Part shown: positions 1 to 8,103 of the stretch, in pieces
Numbering within the stretch: position 1 is the stretch's first letter
Layout: each line of letters starts with the position of its first letter
DNA from: Rhodospirillaceae bacterium
GTDB lineage: Bacteria > Pseudomonadota > Alphaproteobacteria > UBA828
Assembly (NCBI GenBank): GCA_018666805.1
Contig: JABIXB010000057.1
Span: 1-58,205, forward strand
Length of the DNA: 58,205 nt
Direction of reading: 5' to 3'
Made by a program: the position numbers and the translations under genes
Notes under the pieces: model-generated
What the model saw: only the letters and a program-made list of their open reading frames with translations
Database searches by the model: none
Told to the model about the DNA's origin: nothing

Positions 1-2
1 AT

Positions 3-1859
3 TTTGGCGGTGATTTCTTCGGCGGCGGTTTCATTGACGACCCTTTCTACAGCGGTGGCTTCAATGAATTCGGCACATTTAGTGAATTCGGAGAGTTTGG
101 AGAGTTTGGGGAGTTTGGGGAGTTCCAAGAGTTCGGAGAGTTCGGAGAGTTTAGTGAATTCGACGAATTCAGTGGCGAGCCGGACGACTTCTTCTTCGTT
201 GAGCAGGATTTCCTGGACGAGGTCACGGCCCTCAATGTCGTCGAATTCAACGCCGACACGTCTGGCGGCGCGACAACGCTGGCAAATTTTCTTCTCGGCG
301 ACCTGACGTCCCAAGGCCTGACCCTCGAAACCGGCAGCCCGGCGCCGGCCTTCTCTGGCAATACCACAGTGGGCTCGGGCTCCGCCGGAATTTTCAACAG
401 CGTGAGTTTAGGCTCCTCCGGCTTCAATACCTTCAATGTTGCATCCGGCATCGTGTTGACCACTGGAGATGGCACGCCAAACGGCTCAAACACTCAAAAT
501 CTGGCCTCCGCCACAGCCAGCGGCACCGGCGATTCAGACCTCGACGCTTTGCTTTCCAGCACAAGCCACGGAACAACGACAACGGATTCCACTGTCCTTT
601 CGTTCACATTCACTGTGCCGGCTGGGGTCAACGCGATTATTTTTGACTACATGTACGGCACCGAAGAATTCAACACGGAAAACGAAACCGATGTGGCTGC
701 GGTGTTCGTTGACGGGACTAATTTTGCGTTCCTTGCCGATAATTCGATTTTGCATTTCGATATTGGCGCGAACGAATCCAATTTCTTCAACAATAACGGT
801 AGCTCGCTTGGTGTTGAATATGACGGAATGACGCCGGACGATGTTATCGTCGGATTGCTGAGCGGCGGCGCCACTCACACTCTTAAGGTCGCTATAGCCG
901 ATACCGTCGATTCAGCTGGCGATTCGGCGCTCTTCCTCTCCGCCTTCGCCCTCGGAAAAAGTTTTTCCTTCACCAGTGCCGGAAACGACGTTTTGGCGGG
1001 CACCACAGGTGACGATTCGGTCGATGGTGGTACCGGCAGTGACGCCATATTCGGCGCTGCCGGCAACGATACGCTCAACGGCAACGACGATAACGATGAA
1101 ATTCATGGTGGCGCCGGAAATGACCTGATCAACGGCGGTTCTGGCTTAAATGAGCTGAATGGCGGCGCGGGCACGGATACCGTGTTATATTCGGACGCTA
1201 CCAGCGCTGTCGCTGTCAGTCTTGCCATTCAGGCGGGCACCGGCGGCGGGCGGGCGGATGTCGTGAAATTTTTCGAAAATGTCACGGGTTCGAATTTCAA
1301 CGACGCCATCAGCGGCGATAGCGGCACTAATATCATTAGCGGCGGTAGCGGCGACGACACATTGGCCGGCGCCGGCGGCAACGACACAATCCAGGGCGGC
1401 AGCGGCAATGACGTCCTGAGTGGCGGCACCGGTAACGACGAGATAATCGGCGGGACCGGCAACGACAACATGTCTGGCGGCGCGGGTACGAACAAATTCT
1501 CATTCAATTCCTTGTCGGACGGCGAAAACAATGCGACCAACACAACTGATACGATCGGCAGCGGCTTCCACAATTTAATTTTGGATTTCACCTCCGGTAC
1601 GGATACATTTACCCTAAACGATGACAATTTCAGTCTCGGCACATTGGTCGCGGGCACCAATTTCTTCTCCATCGGATCGCAATTCGACGGCACCAATACT
1701 TCTGCGGGCGGTTCCACACCCTATATCGTCGTGGATAGTACAAAGACCGTCTATTTCGACCATAACGGCGCTGTCGGCCTCGTCTATACAGTCATGGCCG
1801 AAAATTCGACGGACGCTCCGGTCTTGGCCGATTTTGAGCTTGTCACCGGCGGTCTTTAG
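3..1859 (+). CDS. RTX/hemolysin-type Ca-binding secreted protein with choice-of-anchor-L-like domain (5' truncated; T1SS substrate)
   Basis: Frame 3 is open from position 3, so the ORF-track start at 369 is internal. It has an acidic Gly/Phe-rich N-part, a choice-of-anchor-L-like signature (GIVLTTG..GDSDL..FDYMYGTEEF..YDG.T..LKVAIAD..DSALF), many GGxGxD nonapeptides (about 981-1490) and a C-terminal ILDFTSGTD segment. T1SS genes follow directly. Confidence 0.9.
   Translation, partial: FGGDFFGGGFIDDPFYSGGFNEFGTFSEFGEFGEFGEFGEFQEFGEFGEFSEFDEFSGEPDDFFFVEQDFLDEVTALNVVEFNADTSGGATTLANFLLGDLTSQGLTLETGSPAPAFSGNTTVGSGSAGIFNSVSLGSSGFNTFNVASGIVLTTGDGTPNGSNTQNLASATASGTGDSDLDALLSSTSHGTTTTDSTVLSFTFTVPAGVNAIIFDYMYGTEEFNTENETDVAAVFVDGTNFAFLADNSILHFDIGANESNFFNNNGSSLGVEYDGMTPDDVIVGLLSGGATHTLKVAIADTVDSAGDSALFLSAFALGKSFSFTSAGNDVLAGTTGDDSVDGGTGSDAIFGAAGNDTLNGNDDNDEIHGGAGNDLINGGSGLNELNGGAGTDTVLYSDATSAVAVSLAIQAGTGGGRADVVKFFENVTGSNFNDAISGDSGTNIISGGSGDDTLAGAGGNDTIQGGSGNDVLSGGTGNDEIIGGTGNDNMSGGAGTNKFSFNSLSDGENNATNTTDTIGSGFHNLILDFTSGTDTFTLNDDNFSLGTLVAGTNFFSIGSQFDGTNTSAGGSTPYIVVDSTKTVYFDHNGAVGLVYTVMAENSTDAPVLADFELVTGGL
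63..170 (+). repeat. 9-bp tandem repeat (12 units) encoding (x-E-F)n
   Basis: Units translate NEF GTF SEF GEF GEF GEF GEF QEF GEF GEF SEF DEF. Consensus is approximately GGRGAGTTY. Confidence 0.9.
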
Positions 1860-1940
1860 GATATACGTCAAATTATAAGATAGCCGGCTTCGCCATTAAG
1901 GTTTGCCACGAACCGAAAAAAAAATTGGCCAAATATTGAA

Positions 1941-3719
1941 ATGTCGGCGCCTGATCCCCTATCTCTCGACACGGATAAACCCACCAGCCGCAAATGGCTG
2001 CGGGAGGTTATGAAGCCGGCGCGCGGTGGTTTGCGCGAAGCATTGTTCGTTTCGCTCTTTATCAACCTGTTGGCGCTCGCGGTGCCAATATTCGTTTTGC
2101 AGGTCTATACCCGGGTCGTCTTCAGCCATGGTATCAGCACCCTCTATGCCCTGTTGATCGGTGTTTTGGCGGCGCTCTTTTTCGACTTCATCATTCGCCA
2201 GGCAAGGAGCCGCATGCTGCAGCGGGTCGCGCTCCGGATCGACGTCTCGCTCGGCCGCTCGCTCTACAATAAGATTTCCGCACTACCGCTGCGCACCCTG
2301 GAAGGCCGCCCGTCGGGCTTTTGGCAAACCCTGTTCCGCGATGCGGAAATGGTGCGCAATACGTTTTCAGGTTCAACCGCCGTGCTGATAACCGACCTTC
2401 CCTTTGCCGTCATTTTTGTCGCAATCATCTACGTTATCGCGCCGCCCGTTGTCTGGGTGCTGCTGATCGCACTGCCCGTATTCGTCATCGTCTCGATCAT
2501 CTCAGGCAAGATGATGCAGAACGCCACCAAGGGCGAGCGCCAGGCCGGTATCGGGCGCGATGCGTTCCTCACGGAAATGCTGCAAGGGCGCGCCACGATC
2601 AAGGCTCTGGCGCTCGAGAAGACCATCAGGCCAGCCTGGGAGGACAAGCATGCCGACACCATCGAGCGCGCCTTGGTGCGCGGCGGACGGACGGACATGT
2701 TCAGCAACCTCGGCACGACGCTGACCATGCTGACCACCGTCGCCATGGTGACGACAGGCGCGCTGGCCATTATCGATCTCGAACTCACCATCGGCGCTTT
2801 GATTGCCTCGACCATGCTCGGCAACCGGGTTATCGGCCCGTTCAACCAGCTGGTTGGCAATTGGCGCAACTATACCAATTGTCGCCAGGCGCTGAAGCGC
2901 CTCGACGCGGTGTTCGCGCTTGACGAAGACCGTACCGAACGCAGCGTTCGCATGAAGCGCCCAGAGGGCCACCTTGCCTTTGAGGCGGTTAGTTTCGGCT
3001 ATGAAGAGGGCCGCCCGCCGGTGATCGACAATCTCTCCATGGAGGTTAAACCGCCGGGCATGCTTGGCGTCGTTGGGCGCAATGGCTGCGGCAAGACGAC
3101 GCTTCTGAAGATGGTGCAGGGCCTCTATACACCGACCAGCGGGCGGGTGTTGCTCGATGGCGGCGACATCAGCCAGTTCTCGCGCCAGGATCTCGCCAAT
3201 TGGGTTGGCTATGTGCCACAGGAGTGTTTTCTGTTCGCCGGTACGATCCGCGAAAATATCGCCATTACCAATCCTGAAGCCAGTGATGAGGAAATTATCG
3301 AAGCGGCAACGCTGGCCGGCGTGCACGACTACGTCATCGATCTGCCGGATGGCTACGACACCGAGATTGGCGAGGCCGGCTCACGCCTTTCCGGCGGACA
3401 GCGCCAGCGCATCGCCATCGCGCGTGCGCTCCTGCCCGATCCGCCAATCCTGTTGCTCGACGAAGTATCGGGTAATCTCGACATGCAGGCGGAAATTGCG
3501 CTGCGCAATACATTGAGCGAATTGGCGCGCGATCACACCATCGTCGTCGTCACCCACACGCCTGTGCTGCTACGCGCCTGCAATAATATCATGGCGCTCG
3601 ACAAAGGCCGCATCGCCATGGGCGGCCCGGCTCAGGAAATATTGCCGCGTCTGTTCGGTGGCGCGCCGCGGCCGGCGGAAGCAGCACCAGAAGCGGCACA
3701 GTTGGAGACATCCTCATGA
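1941..3719 (+). CDS. Type I secretion ABC transporter permease/ATPase (HlyB-like, no C39 domain)
   Basis: N-terminal TM domain (INLLALAVPIFVLQVY), Walker A GRNGCGKTT, signature LSGGQRQR, Walker B LLLDE. Confidence 0.95.
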   Translation: MSAPDPLSLDTDKPTSRKWLREVMKPARGGLREALFVSLFINLLALAVPIFVLQVYTRVVFSHGISTLYALLIGVLAALFFDFIIRQARSRMLQRVALRIDVSLGRSLYNKISALPLRTLEGRPSGFWQTLFRDAEMVRNTFSGSTAVLITDLPFAVIFVAIIYVIAPPVVWVLLIALPVFVIVSIISGKMMQNATKGERQAGIGRDAFLTEMLQGRATIKALALEKTIRPAWEDKHADTIERALVRGGRTDMFSNLGTTLTMLTTVAMVTTGALAIIDLELTIGALIASTMLGNRVIGPFNQLVGNWRNYTNCRQALKRLDAVFALDEDRTERSVRMKRPEGHLAFEAVSFGYEEGRPPVIDNLSMEVKPPGMLGVVGRNGCGKTTLLKMVQGLYTPTSGRVLLDGGDISQFSRQDLANWVGYVPQECFLFAGTIRENIAITNPEASDEEIIEAATLAGVHDYVIDLPDGYDTEIGEAGSRLSGGQRQRIAIARALLPDPPILLLDEVSGNLDMQAEIALRNTLSELARDHTIVVVTHTPVLLRACNNIMALDKGRIAMGGPAQEILPRLFGGAPRPAEAAPEAAQLETSS

Positions 3720-5008
3720 ACCGGCTGGATGGGCTCGAAAAAAAGGCCGGCGCCAGGGGCTGGCGCCGCACCGCCTTGCTCGTCACCCTGACGATCGCCG
3801 CTCTGATAGCCTGGGCCAACTTCGCCGAGCTGGAGGAAGTCGCGGTCGCTAGCGGCGAAGTTGTGCCGCAGGGGCAGGTCAAAGTCATTCAGCATCTCGA
3901 AGGCGGCATTATCAGCCAAATATTCGTCGCCGAAGGCGATAGTGTGGAAGCCGGCGATCTGTTGCTGCAACTCGACCGGGGAATTTCTGGGTCAAACCGC
4001 GATGAAGTGCAAATCGAACTGGACAGCCTGATATTGGCGCGGGCGCGGCTTGTCGCCGAATCCCAGGGCACCGTCCTGGTCTTTCCCGACAACGAAGCCG
4101 AGCGCCGGCCCGAGCTGGTGCAGGCGGAACGCCATACCTATGAAGGCCACAAGCTCGAACTTCAAAGCACCGTCGCCGTTTTGCATGAACAAATGCGCCA
4201 GCGCGAACTCGATGTCAGCCAGATCCGCGCCCAGCTCAATTCGACCAAGAATAATCTCGCCTTAACACTCGAGCGTTTTGTCATGTCCGAAGACCTTTTG
4301 GCCGAGGGCCTGACGCCGAAAATTGAGCATGTGCAAATCAAGCAGGAGGTCGAGAAGTTGCAGGGCGAGATGGAGGAATTGAAATCCGCCATTCCGCGCG
4401 CCGAAGCGAGCATCACCGAGGCCAAGGCGCGCCTCAATGAAGAAAAATTGCGCGCCACCCGGGTCGCGTTGGAGGAATTAAGCGATGTTCAGCGCCGCAT
4501 TGCCGGTGCGCGGGAGAAGCTCAACCGCGCCACCGACCAGGTAGTGCGAACCGAAATCTCCAGCCCCATTGCCGGCGTGGTGCAGACCATGCGCCACCAC
4601 ACCATCGGCGGCGTCGCCCGGCCGGGAGAACCGCTAATGGAGATCGTGCCAACCCAGGAACGGATGGTGGTTGAGGCAAAACTCAACCCCACCGATATCG
4701 GCTATGTCCGCGTCGGTCAGAGTTCCGTGGTCAAGGTCTCGACCTATGATTTCTCGCGCTATGGCGGCCTCGACGGCCACATCGTTTCGATTTCGCCGGA
4801 TTCGCATGTCGATTCGAACACCGGCAAAAGCTATTTCCGCGTGATCGCGGAAACCGACAAGAATTATCTTGGCGCCAATCCCGGCGAGTTGCCGATCGCG
4901 CCGGGCATGGAAGCCACACTTGATATCCACACCGGCTCCAAGACGGTGATGCAATATCTGCTGAAACCGGTGGTCAAAGTGAAATCGGAAGCCTTTCGCG
5001 AGCGCTGA
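3716..5008 (+). CDS. HlyD-family type I secretion membrane fusion protein
   Basis: Single TM helix, KVIQHLEGGII, long coiled coil, ISSPIAGVV, PGMEATLDIHTG..YLLKP. ATGA overlap with the ABC gene. Confidence 0.95.
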   Translation: MNRLDGLEKKAGARGWRRTALLVTLTIAALIAWANFAELEEVAVASGEVVPQGQVKVIQHLEGGIISQIFVAEGDSVEAGDLLLQLDRGISGSNRDEVQIELDSLILARARLVAESQGTVLVFPDNEAERRPELVQAERHTYEGHKLELQSTVAVLHEQMRQRELDVSQIRAQLNSTKNNLALTLERFVMSEDLLAEGLTPKIEHVQIKQEVEKLQGEMEELKSAIPRAEASITEAKARLNEEKLRATRVALEELSDVQRRIAGAREKLNRATDQVVRTEISSPIAGVVQTMRHHTIGGVARPGEPLMEIVPTQERMVVEAKLNPTDIGYVRVGQSSVVKVSTYDFSRYGGLDGHIVSISPDSHVDSNTGKSYFRVIAETDKNYLGANPGELPIAPGMEATLDIHTGSKTVMQYLLKPVVKVKSEAFRER

Positions 5009-5066
5009 CAGACCCCTGCCGCCGCGCCTGAAATTATCCCCCCAAATAACCCACGGAAGAAAACGA

Positions 5067-5801
5067 ATGAGCGACGAAATTCGCCAAGCCCGCATCGACC
5101 TCGCCGCCGCCTACCGGCTGGCCTACATGCATGGCCTGAGCGAGGGCATATGCAATCACCTTACCCTCACCGTTCCCGGCCAGCCGGATAAGTTTCTCCT
5201 CATCGCGCACGGCACCCATTGGAGTCAGGTGACGGCCAGCAATCTGCTGATGGTCAGCCTCGATGGCGAGGTGCTCGAGGGCGAGGGCGTGGTCGAGGAC
5301 ACGGCCTTCTATATTCATGCGCCGATCCACCGCGCGCGGCCGGATTTGCAGTGCATCATGCACACTCACCAGACCCAGACTCTTGCCCTGGCGATGATCG
5401 AAGGTGGCGCCATTGAGCCGATCAATCAAAATGCCCTGCGCTATTATGACCGCGTCGCGCGCGACGATAATTATAACGGCCTCGCCTTCGATGACCAGGA
5501 GGGCCGGCGCCTCGCCAAATCCATGCAAGGCAAAAATATTTTAATGATGGCCAATCACGGCGTACTGATCGGCGCCTCTTCGGTCGCCCGCGCCTATGAC
5601 GAAATTTATTATTTGGAGCGTACCGCGGCGGCGCAAATCCTTGCCATGAGCACCGGCCGCCCGCTCAAACTAATTCCTGAAGAGGTCTGTAAGGAAACCG
5701 CGCGGCAAATGATGTCGGACAATATGCACCGTTTTGCCAACGATCACTTCAACGCGCTCAAGCGCGTGCTCGATCGCGAGCAACCGGACTACAAGGATTA
5801 A
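5067..5801 (+). CDS. Class II aldolase/adducin-family protein
   Basis: RIDLAAAYR..EGICNH, IHAPIH, MHTH and NHG metal-ligand motifs. Confidence 0.9.
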   Translation: MSDEIRQARIDLAAAYRLAYMHGLSEGICNHLTLTVPGQPDKFLLIAHGTHWSQVTASNLLMVSLDGEVLEGEGVVEDTAFYIHAPIHRARPDLQCIMHTHQTQTLALAMIEGGAIEPINQNALRYYDRVARDDNYNGLAFDDQEGRRLAKSMQGKNILMMANHGVLIGASSVARAYDEIYYLERTAAAQILAMSTGRPLKLIPEEVCKETARQMMSDNMHRFANDHFNALKRVLDREQPDYKD

Positions 5802-5820
5802 TTGTTCGGGAAAACGCCGC

Positions 5821-6879
5821 TCAGAAGAAAGCCACGGCACAATAGAGACCGCGTGATTTCAGGCGTTCGCAGAGTTCTTTGGCATTTTGTTCACTCGCCA
5901 GCGGGCCGGCCTGGACACGGAAAAACACGCCCATGCCGGCGCCAAAGTCAATTTCCCGGATCTGCGCGTCATAATCGCTGAGCAAATCGGGATGGCTTTT
6001 TTGCAAAATCTGCCAGCCGCGCTCGGCGCCATCTCCACTGCGGAAGGAGGCGATGTGAACGCGCACGCTCGGGCCGTCTCCGTCGACCGCCTCCGCCCGT
6101 GCAACGGCCTGCTCAGCGCCGCTCCCGTCACCCGTCGCACGGCCCTCTTCCTTATCTGCCGCCTGCTGGTTTTCAGCTTTCGAAGGCCCATCGGCGTCCT
6201 CCATGTCGCGTGAAGCAACCTGTTTAGCCGGCTTATCATTTGCGTCCGATTCCATGCCGGTTGCGTCGTTTAACACCGGGCCGGAAGCGTCGGTCATTGT
6301 TCTATTTGTGCTGACCCGAGCTTCCTGCTTCTCCGCTTCCTTGGCCGCTGCACGCAGGGTATCCGACATCAGACGCATGGATTCCGCCAGTGCCTGTAAA
6401 TTGTCGAAGACCGCGCTCATATCGCTGTATAGGGCGGAGAAATTGCGGCTGTCGACCGGCGCATTGTTACCGAACCAACTCGGCGGTGGCGCGCTGTTAT
6501 CGACCATAACCGGGCTTAAATTGAGATCCGCCAGATTCTCGCGCGCCAGGGCCATCGGCGACAAACCGCCATTCTTGCGCGCCACGATTAGAGCGGCGCG
6601 CTCAAGCCGGTTGATGCGAATGATTTCCGCGTAGGTGCGCCGCGCGAGCTCGGGCCGCCCGGTATCCTGATAAACCACGCCCAAATTCAAAAGGGCATAT
6701 TCATTGCCAGGATTATGTTCGAGCGCATCGCCAAGAAATTGTTCCGCCGTAGCGTAATCCCCCGCCTCAAGCGCATCCGCACCACGCTCGGCGAGAGACA
6801 CATCACGTGGCGTATCCACACATGCCGCAACGACCAAGGCGAGACATAAAACCGCCGCCACTTGAATGATACGCCTCAC
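5821..6879 (-). CDS. TPR- and SPOR-domain lipoprotein
   Basis: GTG start with GGGGA SD, lipobox-like VVAAC, TPR (ALLNLGVVYQDTG), C-terminal SPOR (VHIASFRS..FFRVQAGP..LCERLK..C). The ORF-track extension to 7101 overlaps the next gene. Confidence 0.85.
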   Translation of the reverse strand: MRRIIQVAAVLCLALVVAACVDTPRDVSLAERGADALEAGDYATAEQFLGDALEHNPGNEYALLNLGVVYQDTGRPELARRTYAEIIRINRLERAALIVARKNGGLSPMALARENLADLNLSPVMVDNSAPPPSWFGNNAPVDSRNFSALYSDMSAVFDNLQALAESMRLMSDTLRAAAKEAEKQEARVSTNRTMTDASGPVLNDATGMESDANDKPAKQVASRDMEDADGPSKAENQQAADKEEGRATGDGSGAEQAVARAEAVDGDGPSVRVHIASFRSGDGAERGWQILQKSHPDLLSDYDAQIREIDFGAGMGVFFRVQAGPLASEQNAKELCERLKSRGLYCAVAFF

Positions 6880-6980
6880 CCTATCCCCAATTTCTTGTAT
6901 GTTTAATTTCGAAACTATCAAAATATGGTAGTCGATTCGCCGAATTAGCGCAATATTTGCCTGTCCGAAACCGACCAGAT

Positions 6981-7997
6981 TTATTTTTCGCCAGCTTCGG
7001 CAGCGCGCAGCGGAAAGCAATATTCGCCCGCCCGCCGGAGCGCCTCGCACAAGGTAACCGCGTCCGGCTCGCTCGCCAGCATTCCGGCTTCGAGACGCCA
7101 CAGAACCGCGCCGCTATCGCCGAGCTCCAAGGCGATAATCTTAGACTGCAAGCCGTCCAGCAGCTTTGGATAGCGCATCGTCATTTTCTGCCAAACCCTG
7201 CCAGCGGCTTGCTCGCGGTCGAACGTCGCAAGAAGGACGGCGTATTCCCCTTCAGGCACCTCGACCTTTAGCATCTGCTTGGATTCGGTTTCCACAGCAT
7301 CAACAGTCTCCAATGGCAGCTCGAACTGATTTTCCTCGGCTAATATATTGAGATGCTCGCCGCCATCGGCCTCGGACACCTCGGGCGGCGGTGACGCCGG
7401 CACGGTGATTGAATCGACAAACAATGATTCATCGGCGGGAAGTTCGCTTTCCGGCGCCTCCAGGGCCACACCGATCATAGCCAAATGCTGCACGGCACGG
7501 CCATAAAGCTGCGCCGCCGACCTCTGCATCCAGGCGATACCCAGCGCGCGATTTGGCGGAATGCCGGCGCCGCCGAGATAAAGTTTGGCCAAATTATATT
7601 GTGCCTGGGCGTTGCCTTTTTTGGCCGCATTTCGATACAGCTCAGCCGCCCGCCCAGGATTTCGCGCGACGCCCCGGCCATGCTCATAAAGGCTGCCCAG
7701 ACTGAGCTCGGCCTCCGTCATGCCCTGCCCGGCGGCGCGGAGATACCAGACGGATGCTTTTTCCGCGTCGGGAGGGATGCCGTGCCCGCCTTCGATCATC
7801 ATGCCAAGGCCAAACTGGGATTGCGCGTCGCCACTTTCGGCCAAAGGCTGCCAGATCTCCCGCGCGCGGCGATAGTCGCCATTGAGAAAGGCGCTAAGGC
7901 CGCTATCAAAATCGGCCGAGACAGGCGCGTTCAGGCAAAGGCCAAGCGCCCAAATAATGGAAAATAATCGGAATCTGGCGCGAGTTACGTGCCGCAT
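6981..7997 (-). CDS. Sel1-repeat and SPOR-domain exported protein
   Basis: Signal peptide, Sel1 repeats (SQFGLGMMIEGGHG, AELSLGSLYEHGRGV, AQYNLAKLYLGG), C-terminal SPOR-like domain. Confidence 0.85.
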   Translation of the reverse strand: MRHVTRARFRLFSIIWALGLCLNAPVSADFDSGLSAFLNGDYRRAREIWQPLAESGDAQSQFGLGMMIEGGHGIPPDAEKASVWYLRAAGQGMTEAELSLGSLYEHGRGVARNPGRAAELYRNAAKKGNAQAQYNLAKLYLGGAGIPPNRALGIAWMQRSAAQLYGRAVQHLAMIGVALEAPESELPADESLFVDSITVPASPPPEVSEADGGEHLNILAEENQFELPLETVDAVETESKQMLKVEVPEGEYAVLLATFDREQAAGRVWQKMTMRYPKLLDGLQSKIIALELGDSGAVLWRLEAGMLASEPDAVTLCEALRRAGEYCFPLRAAEAGEK

Positions 7998-8103
7998 TGA
8001 ATCTATATATCATTATTGCCAGCCGCCTGCGATATCCGCAGGATAGGCGGCGCGCAACCTCTATTGCTGCGACCAGGCGATGACGAGAAAGGGAAGATAC
8101 CAG

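Noticed and set aside
4-493. ORF-track calls 4..306(+) and 47..493(-) with SES/SPN repeats
   Set aside because: They are alternative-frame readings of the 9-bp repeat. Frame 3 is continuous with the RTX protein.
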